DNA of 26,602 nucleotides from Patescibacteria group bacterium (GTDB lineage Bacteria > Patescibacteriota > Patescibacteriia > Patescibacteriales > GWC2-42-12). The notes beneath the pieces are model-generated. The model was given only the letters and a program-made list of their open reading frames with translations, made no database searches and was not told the DNA's origin. Position numbers and translations under genes: made by a program. Positions 8,714 to 17,886 of the stretch are shown here, piece after piece. How positions within the stretch are numbered: the stretch's first letter is position 1; the number at the start of each line of letters is the position of its first letter. The stretch is taken from contig JBBTVV010000077.1 in the NCBI GenBank assembly GCA_038063135.1, forward strand, positions 1 to 26,602. The letters run 5' to 3'.

Positions 8714-10138
8714 ATGGAAAAAATTGATTATCAAAAATTAGAAAAACAATTAAAGCTTGAGAAAAAAAGTTGTTGGGAGATTTGGGATGATAAAATTAAA
8801 AAAGACGCTTTTGATTTTGCCGAAGGTTATAAAAGTTTTGCGAGTGAAGTTAAAACAGAAAGAGAAGCAGTGGAAGAGGGAATTAAATTAGCCGAAGACC
8901 GTGGTTTTAAAAATATTGTTAAAGTAAAATTACTTTCTACTGGCGATAAAATTTACGCCATTAATCGTGACAAGAGTCTATTTTTAGCTAAAATTGGTAA
9001 AAGTGGATTAAGTCAGGGAATGAAGATAGTTATGTCGCATATTGATTCGCCGCATTTAGATTTTAAAATAAATCCATTTTATGAAGATGAAAATTTAGCT
9101 TTTGCTAAAACTCATTATTATGGTGGTATTAAAAAATATCAATGGCCAACTATTTCTTTGGCTTTGCATGGAGTTGTTTATTTAGAAAGTGGAAAAAAAA
9201 TAAATATAAAAATTGGGGAAAAATCTGATGAACCAATTTTTATGATTACTGATTTATTGCCACATTTAGATCGGTCAATTGATTCTGGCGGTAAAGCTGA
9301 ATATCATAAAATTAATGGAGAGGAATTAAATTTGTTATTAGGTTCTTTACCTGTTGATGACAAAAAAATTAAAGAGAAAGTTAAGCTGGCAATATTGGAA
9401 TATCTTTTTAATAAATATGGCATTAAAGAAGATGATTTGGCTAGCGCTGAAATACAAGTCGTGCCGAGTGAAAAAGCTAGAGATCTAGGTTTTGATAGAA
9501 GTTTGATTTCTGCTTATGGTCAGGATGATAAGGCTTGCGCTTATTCATCGTTGATGAGTTTTTTAGATGCCAAAATAATTGATCAAACTCAAGTTTGTGT
9601 TTGGACAGACAGAGAAGAAATAGGTTCAGATGGAAATACTAGCACCCAGTCATTATTTTTTGAAAGTTTTATTCTTGATATTTTAAAGTTAAGTCAAAAT
9701 AAAGGTGGCTTAGAAGAAGTTTATCATTCATATAATATTAGCCAAGCGATTTCAGCTGATACAACAGTAGCGGTTGATCCTGATTATAAAGACGTTTATG
9801 ATTTACGAAATGCTTGTAGAATGGGTTTTGGTTTGGCCATTGAAAAATATACTGGACATGGCGGTAAATATGAAGCTTCAGAAGCCTCAGCTCAATTTAT
9901 ATCTGAATTAAGAAAGGCTTTTAAGCAAGATAAAAATATTATTTATCAATTTTCTGGCGGAATAGGTAAAGTTGATCAAGGTCGTGGCGGAACTATTGCT
10001 AAATATTTAGCTAATCGTAATATTGATGTTATTGATGCCGGTGTCGCATTATTTAATACGCACGCGCCATTAGAAATTGTTTCAAAAGCTGATATTTATT
10101 GCGCCTATTTAGGATATAAAGCTTTTTATCAGGGATAA
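8714..10138 (+). CDS. M18 family aminopeptidase (ApeA-like)
   Basis: SHIDSP, KTHYYGGIKKYQW, GQDDKAC, DREEIGS, ISAD and THAP metal-ligand motifs. Confidence 0.92.
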   Translation: MEKIDYQKLEKQLKLEKKSCWEIWDDKIKKDAFDFAEGYKSFASEVKTEREAVEEGIKLAEDRGFKNIVKVKLLSTGDKIYAINRDKSLFLAKIGKSGLSQGMKIVMSHIDSPHLDFKINPFYEDENLAFAKTHYYGGIKKYQWPTISLALHGVVYLESGKKINIKIGEKSDEPIFMITDLLPHLDRSIDSGGKAEYHKINGEELNLLLGSLPVDDKKIKEKVKLAILEYLFNKYGIKEDDLASAEIQVVPSEKARDLGFDRSLISAYGQDDKACAYSSLMSFLDAKIIDQTQVCVWTDREEIGSDGNTSTQSLFFESFILDILKLSQNKGGLEEVYHSYNISQAISADTTVAVDPDYKDVYDLRNACRMGFGLAIEKYTGHGGKYEASEASAQFISELRKAFKQDKNIIYQFSGGIGKVDQGRGGTIAKYLANRNIDVIDAGVALFNTHAPLEIVSKADIYCAYLGYKAFYQG

Positions 10139-10153
10139 TATATTGAGTTTTAA

Positions 10154-10216
10154 GGATCTATTGCCGAATACTTTTTTGAAAGCGAGAATACCGAATACTG
10201 TATTCTGCGACAGACT
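10154..10216. repeat. Intermediate-length degenerate copy of the palindromic element
   Basis: Left end GGATCTATTGCCGAATAC, a short internal segment, then CCGAATAC-T-GTATTCTGCGACAGAC. Confidence 0.82.
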
Positions 10217-10228
10217 CTTCAATTATAT

Positions 10229-10255
10229 TTAGCACTCTTGACAAGAGAGTGCTAA
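10229..10255. promoter_or_regulatory. CIRCE operator (HrcA binding site)
   Basis: Exact consensus TTAGCACTC-N9-GAGTGCTAA, 33 bp upstream of hrcA. The inverted repeat extends to 13 bp (10226-10258). Confidence 0.98.
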
Positions 10256-10267
10256 ATAGTATATGAT
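10238..10267 (+). promoter_or_regulatory. Sigma70 promoter of the hrcA operon
   Basis: TTGACA (10238-10243, inside the CIRCE spacer) and TATGAT (10262-10267), 18-bp spacer. Confidence 0.75.
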
Positions 10268-10288
10268 TGAAAATGTAAGAATTTTTTT

Positions 10289-10975
10289 ATGAATGAAAGG
10301 ACAATTTTAATTTTAAAGATTATTTTAAAAGAGTATATTAAAACTGGCGCGCCGATTGGATCAGAGGTTTTGGTTGATAAATATAAATTAGATATTTCTC
10401 CAGCTACTGTTAGAAATGAAATGGTTGAGCTGGAGAAGACTGGATACATTGCACAACCGTATACTTCATCTGGTCGCATTCCTACTGAAAAAGCATATAA
10501 TTTTTATTTGGAAAATTTAGAAGAAAAAAAAATAGGAGCAACAGAAAATAAAATTTTTTCTAAATTATTAAAAAATAAAGATGAATTAAATTTTAAACAA
10601 GTTGCTAAAGAGCTTGCTAAAATTTCTAATAATGCAGTGTTTTGGGCTTTTCATCAGAATAATCTATATTATACAGGTATTTCTAATTTATTATCTCAAC
10701 CTGAATTTTGTCAAACTGAATTAATTTATGATATTTCTCAGATTATTGATCGGGTTGATGAGATAATTAATGATATTTTTAATAAGTTAAAAAATGGGCC
10801 ACAAATTTTTCTTGGATCAACAAATCCTTTTGGAGATTTTTGCGGTACTATTTTAGCTAAATATAAGTTTAAAGATAATATTGGTTTATTTGGTATTTTA
10901 GGTCCGATGAGAATGGATTATGAAAAAAATTTAGCTTTAATAAAATTTATAAATAATAAAATAATAGAAAAATAA
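10289..10975 (+). CDS. hrcA: Heat-inducible transcription repressor HrcA (short form)
   Basis: YIKTGAPIGS, SPATVRNEM..LE..GYIAQPYTSSGRIPTEKAY and GILGPMRMDY; CIRCE lies upstream. Confidence 0.96.
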   Translation: MNERTILILKIILKEYIKTGAPIGSEVLVDKYKLDISPATVRNEMVELEKTGYIAQPYTSSGRIPTEKAYNFYLENLEEKKIGATENKIFSKLLKNKDELNFKQVAKELAKISNNAVFWAFHQNNLYYTGISNLLSQPEFCQTELIYDISQIIDRVDEIINDIFNKLKNGPQIFLGSTNPFGDFCGTILAKYKFKDNIGLFGILGPMRMDYEKNLALIKFINNKIIEK

Positions 10976-10979
10976 TATT

Positions 10980-11678
10980 ATGACAAATGATTTAAAGTTA
11001 GGTATTTATAGACATTATAAAAATAAAGATTATAAAGTATTATTTATTGCAAAAAATTCTGAATCTAAGCAAAAAATGGTAGTTTATCAATCTCTTTGTG
11101 ATGAGCAAATTTGGGTTAGACCAATAGATATGTTTTTTAGTCAAGTTGAAGTTGATGGTAAGAAAAAACCTAGATTTAAGTTTATTCGCGAAGAAGAAAA
11201 AAATCAGGAAAATGTGAAATTTTATCCTGAACATATTGATAATAAATTAAATAGCTGTGAAGATAAATACAAACGTGCTTTGGCTGATTATCAAAATTTG
11301 TTAAAACAAGTAGCTAAAGATAAAATGGATTTTGCTAGATTTGCAAACGAACAGTTGCTTTATGAAATTTTACCAGTTTATGATAATTTAAAAACTTCAA
11401 TCCAATATATTGACGAAGAGTCTAAAAAAAATGGATGGGTTGTTGGCATTGAATATATTATTAAGCAATTTAGTGATGTTTTAAAAAATTTAGGCATTGA
11501 GGAAATAAAAACAAAAAAAGAAAAATTTGATCATCATTTAATGGAAGCAATTGATAATAAAGAAACTGATAATAAAAAAGAAGATGGTTTAGTTGCTAAA
11601 GAAGTAAAGTCAGGTTATAAATTAAATGGTAAAGTGATTGTTCCAGCAAAAGTAGTGGTTTTTAGAAGTAAGAATTAG
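10980..11678 (+). CDS. grpE: DUF1653-GrpE fusion (nucleotide exchange factor with an extra N-terminal domain)
   Basis: Residues 1-70 are DUF1653-like (GIYRHYKNKDY...MVVYQSL...IWVRP..MF..VEVDG...PRF). The C-terminal part is GrpE (YKRALADYQN, LPVYDNL, KFDHHLMEAI, GYKLNGKVIVPAKVVV). Confidence 0.9.
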   Translation: MTNDLKLGIYRHYKNKDYKVLFIAKNSESKQKMVVYQSLCDEQIWVRPIDMFFSQVEVDGKKKPRFKFIREEEKNQENVKFYPEHIDNKLNSCEDKYKRALADYQNLLKQVAKDKMDFARFANEQLLYEILPVYDNLKTSIQYIDEESKKNGWVVGIEYIIKQFSDVLKNLGIEEIKTKKEKFDHHLMEAIDNKETDNKKEDGLVAKEVKSGYKLNGKVIVPAKVVVFRSKN

Positions 11679-11685
11679 GAATTAA

Positions 11686-11845
11686 GGGTCTGTCGCCGAA
11701 TACTCTTTCGAGTAGAAAATTTCAAATTTTTAGGAAATTTTTTTAAAAAGTTTTGAGGGAATATGGTTATATTAGTGAAAAAGTTTTTAACAAAATTTAC
11801 AAAAATTTGGAATTTTATGCCGAATATGGTATTCGGCGACAGACC
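11686..11845. mobile_element. Full-length (160 bp) non-autonomous palindromic MITE/REP-like element
   Basis: Perfect 17-bp terminal inverted repeats GGTCTGTCGCCGAATAC (11687-11703) and GTATTCGGCGACAGACC (11829-11845). Internal arms 11716-11754 and 11778-11816 are also imperfectly complementary. No ORF. A second near-identical copy lies at 1-56. Mobility is inferred. Confidence 0.75.
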
Positions 11846-11977
11846 TATTAAGATATTAATTTCGCAATATGCTGGAAAAAATTAAAAATTATAAAATTAA
11901 ATAAAGTTTAAATAATAATTAAATTTATTTCTATGATTAATTTGGCGCATTAAATTAATGTGTAGAATATTAAACTT

Positions 11978-12403
11978 ATGTCAATTATAAAATGGTCTCC
12001 ATTTCTTGAATCATTTGAAGATGTTGATAAAATGTTTGAAAATTTTACTTTAAATAGGAACGACCTTTCTAGCTATGTCCCAGCTGTTGATGTTTATCAA
12101 GATAAAAATAATGTATATATTGAAACTCAACTCGCAGGAATTGATCCAGAAAAAGTTAATATTTCAATTGAAAATGATGTTTTAATAATTAAAGGCGAGA
12201 GCGAAAAAAAAAGCGAAGTTGAGGATAAAAATTATTATCGTAAAGAGATTAAACGTGGAAGTTTTTATCGTAGTGTACCTTTACCTTCACATGTAATTAG
12301 TGAAAAAGCTAGCGCTGAAGCGATAAATGGAATTTTGAAAATTATTGCTCCAAAATCGTTAGAAGTCAAATCAAAGATGATAAAAATTAATATAAAAAAA
12401 TAG
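11978..12403 (+). CDS. Small heat-shock protein Hsp20/alpha-crystallin family
   Basis: PAVDVYQ, LAGIDPEKVNI, LIIKGE, EIKRGSFYRSVPLP and NGILKI. Confidence 0.95.
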   Translation: MSIIKWSPFLESFEDVDKMFENFTLNRNDLSSYVPAVDVYQDKNNVYIETQLAGIDPEKVNISIENDVLIIKGESEKKSEVEDKNYYRKEIKRGSFYRSVPLPSHVISEKASAEAINGILKIIAPKSLEVKSKMIKINIKK

Positions 12404-12414
12404 CTGATAACTTT

Positions 12415-12463
12415 TAAAGTTAAAAGTTAAAAGTTATTTAAAAATTACAAAATTACAAAATTA
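12415..12463 (+). repeat. Short tandem repeats (AAAAGTT-type heptamers, then AAAATTAC octamers)
   Basis: TAAAGTT AAAAGTT AAAAGTT ... AAAATTAC AAAATTAC AAAATTA between hsp20 and dnaK. Confidence 0.7.
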
Positions 12464-12505
12464 ATTTTAATAAAATAATAAACTAATAAATTAATTAAAA
12501 AAAAT

Positions 12506-14407
12506 ATGAGTAAAATTTTGGGAATTGATTTGGGTACTACTAATTCGGCGATGGCTATTATTGAAGGTGGACAGCCAAAAATTTTAGAAAATGCAGAAGG
12601 TAATAGAACAACGCCTTCTATTGTTGCAATTTCTAAAAATGGTGAAAGATTAGTTGGATTAACTGCGAAAAGACAAGCAGTTACTAATCCAGAAAATACT
12701 GTTTACGCGATTAAACGATTAATCGGTAGACGTTTTGAAGATGACGAAGTTCAACGTGATATTAAAATATCTCCTTATAAAATTGTTAAGGCAAATGAGG
12801 GAGTTAAAATAAAAATGTCTAACAACGAATACACTCCGCAGGAAATCTCAGCAATGATTTTGTCAAAATTAAAAGCTGATGCTGAAGCAAAATTAGGTGA
12901 GAAAATAACTGAAGCAATTATTACTGTTCCTGCTTATTTTGATGATGCTCAACGTCAGGCAACAAAAGATGCTGGAAAAATTGCTGGATTAGATGTTAAA
13001 CGTATTATTAATGAACCAACTGCAGCTGCATTAGCTTATGGTTTTGAGAAAAAGAAAGGTGAACAAATAGCTGTTTATGATTTAGGCGGAGGTACTTTTG
13101 ATATTTCAATTCTTGACGTAAGCGCTGATACTGTTGAGGTAAAATCTACAAATGGTGATACTCATTTGGGTGGTGAAGATTTTGATCAACGTTTAATTCA
13201 TTGGATAATAGAGGAATTTAAAAAAGATCAGGGCATTGATTTATCTAAAGATACTTTGGCTTTGCAAAGAATTAAAGAATCAGCAGAAAAAGCAAAAATA
13301 GAATTATCAACAACGATGGAGACAGAAATTAATCAACCGTTTATAACTACTGACGTTAATGGACCAAAACATTTGGTTATGAAAATATCGCGCGCTAAAT
13401 TAGAAGAATTAGTCGGCGATTTAGTCGAAAAAACTATCGCGCCTTGTCAAGCAGCTTTAAAAGATGCTGGCTTTACTATTAAAGATATTCAAGAAGTGAT
13501 TTTAGTTGGTGGTATGACTCGTATGCCTTTGGTGCAGAAAAAAGTTAAAGAGTTTTTTGGAAAAGATCCTAATTTAACTGTTAATCCAGATGAAGTAGTT
13601 GCTTTGGGCGCTGCTGTGCAAGCAGGCGTTTTGCAAGGTGATGTTAAAGATGTATTATTGCTTGATGTTATTCCTTTAACTTTAGGTATTGAAACTTTAG
13701 GTGGTGTATCAACCGCGTTAATCGAAAGAAACACAACTATTCCAACTTCAAAATCGCAAGTTTTTTCAACAGCAGCCGATGGTCAGACCAGCGTAGAAAT
13801 TCATGTTTTGCAAGGTGAACGTCCAATGGCATCTGACAATAAATCCTTAGGAAGGTTTATTTTAAATGGTATTCCATCTGCTCCTCGTGGCGTTCCGCAG
13901 GTTGAAGTAAGTTTTGATATTGATGCAAATGGTATTGTCAATGTTAAAGCTAAAGATAGAGCAACAAATATAGAGCAACAAATTACGATTACAGCTTCTT
14001 CAGGTTTAAGTAAAGAAGAAGTTGAAAAAATGAAAAAAGAAGCTGAATTGCATGCTGATGAAGATAAGAAAAAAAGAGAACAAATAGAAATTAAAAATCA
14101 AGCCGAAGCTGTTATTTTTCAGTCAGAAAAATTAATCAAAGATTCTGGAGATAAAATAAAGGATGAAGACAAAAAAGAGCTTGAAGATAAAGTTGAAGCT
14201 TTGAAAAAAGTAAAAGATAGCGATCAAGAGGAAGAGATAAAAAAGAAATTAGAAGAATTAAATGTTATCGCGCAAAAAATTGGCGCAGCTATGTATCAAC
14301 AAGCATCAGCTAATCCTACAGCAGAAAATCCAATCAACGAGCAAACAGGAGATGAAAAGAAAAAAGAAGAGGGGCCAATTGAAGGGGAATTTACTGAAAA
14401 GAAATAA
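12506..14407 (+). CDS. dnaK: Chaperone DnaK (Hsp70)
   Basis: [58 protein letters not shown] and [11 protein letters not shown]. Confidence 0.99.
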   Translation: MSKILGIDLGTTNSAMAIIEGGQPKILENAEGNRTTPSIVAISKNGERLVGLTAKRQAVTNPENTVYAIKRLIGRRFEDDEVQRDIKISPYKIVKANEGVKIKMSNNEYTPQEISAMILSKLKADAEAKLGEKITEAIITVPAYFDDAQRQATKDAGKIAGLDVKRIINEPTAAALAYGFEKKKGEQIAVYDLGGGTFDISILDVSADTVEVKSTNGDTHLGGEDFDQRLIHWIIEEFKKDQGIDLSKDTLALQRIKESAEKAKIELSTTMETEINQPFITTDVNGPKHLVMKISRAKLEELVGDLVEKTIAPCQAALKDAGFTIKDIQEVILVGGMTRMPLVQKKVKEFFGKDPNLTVNPDEVVALGAAVQAGVLQGDVKDVLLLDVIPLTLGIETLGGVSTALIERNTTIPTSKSQVFSTAADGQTSVEIHVLQGERPMASDNKSLGRFILNGIPSAPRGVPQVEVSFDIDANGIVNVKAKDRATNIEQQITITASSGLSKEEVEKMKKEAELHADEDKKKREQIEIKNQAEAVIFQSEKLIKDSGDKIKDEDKKELEDKVEALKKVKDSDQEEEIKKKLEELNVIAQKIGAAMYQQASANPTAENPINEQTGDEKKKEEGPIEGEFTEKK

Positions 14408-14492
14408 ATCAATTTTAAAGGAATGCGAAGAAATATGTAAAATAATTGGTAAAATACAGAAAACGACTAAAGATAAAATTCGTAATTCGTAA
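14406..14492 (+). pseudogene. Possible 3' remnant of a four-helix-bundle (TIGR02436/IVS-protein-like) gene
   Basis: The frame reads [28 protein letters not shown], resembling the last helix of four-helix-bundle proteins. It has no start of its own and ends in AATTCGT heptamer repeats. Recognised by eye only. Confidence 0.5.
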
Positions 14493-14520
14493 TGGTTAAT
14501 TTATTAATTGATTAATTAAT

Positions 14521-15612
14521 ATGTCTAAAGATTATTATAAAATACTTGGAGTTGAAAAGAATGCTAATCAAGAGGATATTAAAAAAGGTTTTCGTAAATT
14601 AGCGCATCAACATCATCCTGATAAAAAAAGTGGAGATGAAGCTAAATTTAAAGAAATAAATGAAGCCTATCAGACTCTTAGCGATCCAAAAAAACGAGCT
14701 CAATATGATCAGTTTGGTTCGGATTTTGGCCAATATTCTCAACCTAGTGGTAGTTCTGGTTTTGAAGGGTTTAGTGGATTTAATGGCGGATTTAATATTA
14801 ATATGGATGATTTAGGAGATATTCTTAGTGATTTTGGCGATTCTTTTGGTTTTTCTAATAGAGGCGGAGGAGGACAACGTGGCGGAAGAGCTAGTCGTGG
14901 TCGTGATATTCAAGTAGTTTTGTCTATTGATTTTATTGAGGCTGTTTTTGGCGTTGAAAAAGAAATTAGTTTGAAAAAAACAATTAAATGCGCAAGATGT
15001 AAAGGTGAAGGAATGGAGCCTGGTACAGCGGTTATTACTTGCAAAACTTGTAATGGTAGCGGACATATTATTAAAGTTCAGAGGACAATTTTTGGAAATA
15101 TGCAAGTTCAAACGACTTGCAGTGATTGCGGTGGCGAAGGAAAAACATTCAAAGAAAAATGTACAGCTTGTCATGGTATTGGAATTGTTAATGAGCTAGT
15201 TAATTTTAAAGTTAAAATTCCAGCAGGTATAAATAATAATGAGACAATTAGATTGTCTGGTAATGGTGAGGCAGGAGCAAAAAATGGACAACCAGGTGAT
15301 TTGTATTTAAAAATTAGAGTTAATCCTGATCGTCGTTTTGAGCGTGATGGTGTTAATATAAAATCTCAAGTAAAAATAAGTTTTTCTCAAGCAGCTCTTG
15401 GTGGTAAAATTGAAGTTGCGACTGTTGATGGGGTTGTTGATTTAAAAATTCCAGAAGGCACGCAGACAGGTAAAATTTTTATTTTGCGTGGTAAAGGAGT
15501 CTCACATTTAAATAGCCATGGTAGAGGAGATCATTTGGTTGAAGTTATAGTTAAAACACCAATTAATTTAAATCGTAAGCAGAAAGAATTACTTAAAGGG
15601 TTTGGTTTATAA
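14521..15612 (+). CDS. dnaJ: Chaperone DnaJ
   Basis: J-domain with HPD, a G/F-rich region and four CxxCxGxG repeats ([32 protein letters not shown]). Confidence 0.98.
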   Translation: MSKDYYKILGVEKNANQEDIKKGFRKLAHQHHPDKKSGDEAKFKEINEAYQTLSDPKKRAQYDQFGSDFGQYSQPSGSSGFEGFSGFNGGFNINMDDLGDILSDFGDSFGFSNRGGGGQRGGRASRGRDIQVVLSIDFIEAVFGVEKEISLKKTIKCARCKGEGMEPGTAVITCKTCNGSGHIIKVQRTIFGNMQVQTTCSDCGGEGKTFKEKCTACHGIGIVNELVNFKVKIPAGINNNETIRLSGNGEAGAKNGQPGDLYLKIRVNPDRRFERDGVNIKSQVKISFSQAALGGKIEVATVDGVVDLKIPEGTQTGKIFILRGKGVSHLNSHGRGDHLVEVIVKTPINLNRKQKELLKGFGL

Positions 15613-15614
15613 TT

Positions 15615-16919
15615 ATGAAAACTTATCATATCATTACAATTGGTTGCCAGATGAATAAAAGTGATAGTGAAAGAATAGCAGGAATGTTGGAAAAAAATGA
15701 CTATAATCGGTCTGATAATAAATATCAGACTGATTTAGTTGTGATTAATACTTGCGGAGTTAGACAAACAGCTGAAAATCGGCTTTTGGGATTAGCGATG
15801 GATATTAGAAAAAATAATCCAAAATGTTTTATTATAATTACTGGTTGTTTAATTTATCGTAAAGACACTAAAAAACGACTTGAAAAATTTATTGATGAAT
15901 GGCTGTTCGTATCAGAAATTTTCAATTTTCAATTTTCAAATTATAATTTTCAAACAAATACAAAAAATATAAAATGTGAAAATAATAATTATCTAGATGT
16001 ACAGCCAAAATATGAATCAAAATTTTCCGCGTTTGTGCCGATTGGGAATGGTTGCAATAATTTTTGTTCTTATTGCGTCGTGCCTTATGCTCGAGGTAGA
16101 GAAGTTTATCGATCAGTAGAGGAAATATTAAAAGAGGTTGAAAATTTAGTTAATAAAGGTTATAAAGAAATAATTTTAATTGCGCAGAATGTTAATAGTT
16201 ATGAAGTAAGTCAAAAGCCTGAGGAAATTATAAAATTTTATGATCTATTAAAGATGATTAATGATATTGATGGGGATTTTTGGATTAGATTTTTAACTAG
16301 TCATCCTAAGGATATGAGCGATAAATTAATCAAAACTATTGCTAATTGTGAAAAAGTTTGCAAGCATATTCATTTGCCAGTTCAAGCGGGAGACGATAAG
16401 GTGCTAGAAGTTATGAATCGTAAATATTCAGTTGAACATTATATTAATTTAATAGAAAAAATTAGAAAAGTAATGCCTGACGCAAGTATTACTACTGACG
16501 TTATTGTTGGTTTTCCTAATGAAACAAAAAAACAATTCAATAATACTGTAAAATTATTCAAGCAAATTAAATTTGATATGGCTTATATTTCTCTTTATAG
16601 CCCACGTCCAGAAACAGCAACGTTTAAGTTGGGAGATACTGTTTCTAAAGAAGAAAAAAAAGATAGAGAAAATAAGTTATTAGATATTTTAAATAAAACA
16701 GCTCTAGCTAATAATAAAAAATATATAAATAAAATTGTTAAAGTTTTAATAGAAGGCAAGAAAAAGACAGGGGAGTTTTTTGGTAAAACCGCTACTGGAA
16801 AGGTTGTGAAAATAGGAATTATGAATTATGAATCAGAAATTAGGAATTTAGTTGGGAAATTTGTGGAAGTAAAAATAACAGGAGCAAAAGATTTTTATTT
16901 GATTGGCGAAATAAATTAA
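15615..16919 (+). CDS. miaB: tRNA-2-methylthio-N6-dimethylallyladenosine synthase MiaB
   Basis: GCQMN.SDSE, NTCGVR, TGC, radical-SAM motif CNNFCSYC, HLPVQAG, TDVIVGFP and a C-terminal TRAM-like domain; adjacent to miaA. Confidence 0.93.
   Translation: MKTYHIITIGCQMNKSDSERIAGMLEKNDYNRSDNKYQTDLVVINTCGVRQTAENRLLGLAMDIRKNNPKCFIIITGCLIYRKDTKKRLEKFIDEWLFVSEIFNFQFSNYNFQTNTKNIKCENNNYLDVQPKYESKFSAFVPIGNGCNNFCSYCVVPYARGREVYRSVEEILKEVENLVNKGYKEIILIAQNVNSYEVSQKPEEIIKFYDLLKMINDIDGDFWIRFLTSHPKDMSDKLIKTIANCEKVCKHIHLPVQAGDDKVLEVMNRKYSVEHYINLIEKIRKVMPDASITTDVIVGFPNETKKQFNNTVKLFKQIKFDMAYISLYSPRPETATFKLGDTVSKEEKKDRENKLLDILNKTALANNKKYINKIVKVLIEGKKKTGEFFGKTATGKVVKIGIMNYESEIRNLVGKFVEVKITGAKDFYLIGEIN
15917..15951 (+). 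repeat. In-frame heptamer repeat (AATTTTC) inside miaB
   Basis: AATTTTC x3, AAATTAT, AATTTTC; encodes IFNFQFSNYNFQ. Confidence 0.85.
16810..16851 (+). repeat. In-frame heptamer repeat (AATTATG-type) inside the miaB C-terminus
   Basis: AAATAGG AATTATG AATTATG AATCAGA AATTAGG AATTTAG; encodes IGIMNYESEIRNL. Confidence 0.75.
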
Positions 16920-16921
16920 TT

Positions 16922-17863
16922 ATGCATAATAGTGAAAATAAAAAAATTATAGTAATTTTAGGTCCGACTGTCAGTGGAAAGACTAAGTTGGCCGTACAGT
17001 TGGCAATAAAGTTGAATGGCGAAATTGTTAGTGCTGATTCTCGCCAGGTTTATCGTGAAATGGACATTGGTACAGGAAAAGATCTTAAAGACTATAAGTT
17101 AAAAATTAAAAGTCAAAAGTTAAAAGTAATTCCTTATCATTTAATAGATGTTGTTAGTCCTAAACAAAATTTTAATTTAGCTAAATATCAAAAGCTAGCA
17201 TTTGAAGCTATTGATGATATTTTAAAACGTGGAAAATTACCGATTTTGGTTGGTGGAAGTGGTTTATATTTACAAGCTGTTGTTGATAATTTTCAGTTAT
17301 CTGACAGCAAGCCTGATTTAAATTTAAGAAAAGAACTGGAGCAATTAACTATTGATCAGCTTTTTGCTAAAATAAAAAAATTATCGCCTGAAATGGCGAT
17401 AAAAATTAATAATAGTGATAAGAATAATAAAAGACGATTAATCCGTTATGTTGAAATTTTATTGTGCGATAAAGAATTTAAAAGTAAAACAGCAGAAGAG
17501 AAATATAGGACTTTAATCATTGGGTTAAATCCAGATAAACAAATTTTGCAAAAAAAAATCTACGAGCGAATAATAAGTAGATTAGAAAAAGAAAAAATGG
17601 TTGATGAAGTAAAACAACTTCATCAGAAAGGACTAAGTTGGAAAAAAATGAAAGCCTTTGGTTTAGAGTATAAATTTATTAGCCTATATCTTCAAAATAA
17701 ATTAACTTACGAAGAAATGATAGAAAAATTAACGATAGCAATTAATCAATTTGCTAATAATCAATTGTCTTGGTTTAGACGTTGGGAGCGACAAAATAAA
17801 AAAATTAATTGGATAAAAAATATTATAGAAGCTAAAAAATTAATTAAAGTGTTTTTAAAATAA
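16922..17863 (+). CDS. miaA: tRNA dimethylallyltransferase MiaA
   Basis: GPTVSGKT P-loop, SADSRQVYREMDIGT, HLID and VGGSGLY. Confidence 0.96.
   Translation: MHNSENKKIIVILGPTVSGKTKLAVQLAIKLNGEIVSADSRQVYREMDIGTGKDLKDYKLKIKSQKLKVIPYHLIDVVSPKQNFNLAKYQKLAFEAIDDILKRGKLPILVGGSGLYLQAVVDNFQLSDSKPDLNLRKELEQLTIDQLFAKIKKLSPEMAIKINNSDKNNKRRLIRYVEILLCDKEFKSKTAEEKYRTLIIGLNPDKQILQKKIYERIISRLEKEKMVDEVKQLHQKGLSWKKMKAFGLEYKFISLYLQNKLTYEEMIEKLTIAINQFANNQLSWFRRWERQNKKINWIKNIIEAKKLIKVFLK
17095..17129 (+). repeat. In-frame heptamer repeat (AAAGTTA-type x5) inside miaA
   Basis: TAAGTTA AAAATTA AAAGTCA AAAGTTA AAAGTAA; encodes KLKIKSQKLKV, nearly identical to the ileS tract at 5364-5398. Confidence 0.85.
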
Positions 17864-17886
17864 AAGACACAATATTTATTAATTTT

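Noticed and set aside
10289-10975. HrcA as truncated or pseudogene (228 aa)
   Set aside because: The N-terminal HTH and C-terminal GPMRMDY motifs are both present with a perfect CIRCE, consistent with a naturally short form.
1-11845. Palindromic repeats as a CRISPR array
   Set aside because: Copies are kilobases apart, vary in length, have no regular spacers, and no cas genes are present.
11942-11968. Second CIRCE upstream of hsp20 (TTGGCGCAT-N9-GTGTAGAAT)
   Set aside because: Only a partial left half-site matches, and the right half does not fit GAGTGCTAA.
14262-14405. ORF 14262-14492 as a complete gene
   Set aside because: The first two thirds overlap dnaK out of frame. Only the part after the dnaK stop looks protein-like, and it is reported as a remnant.
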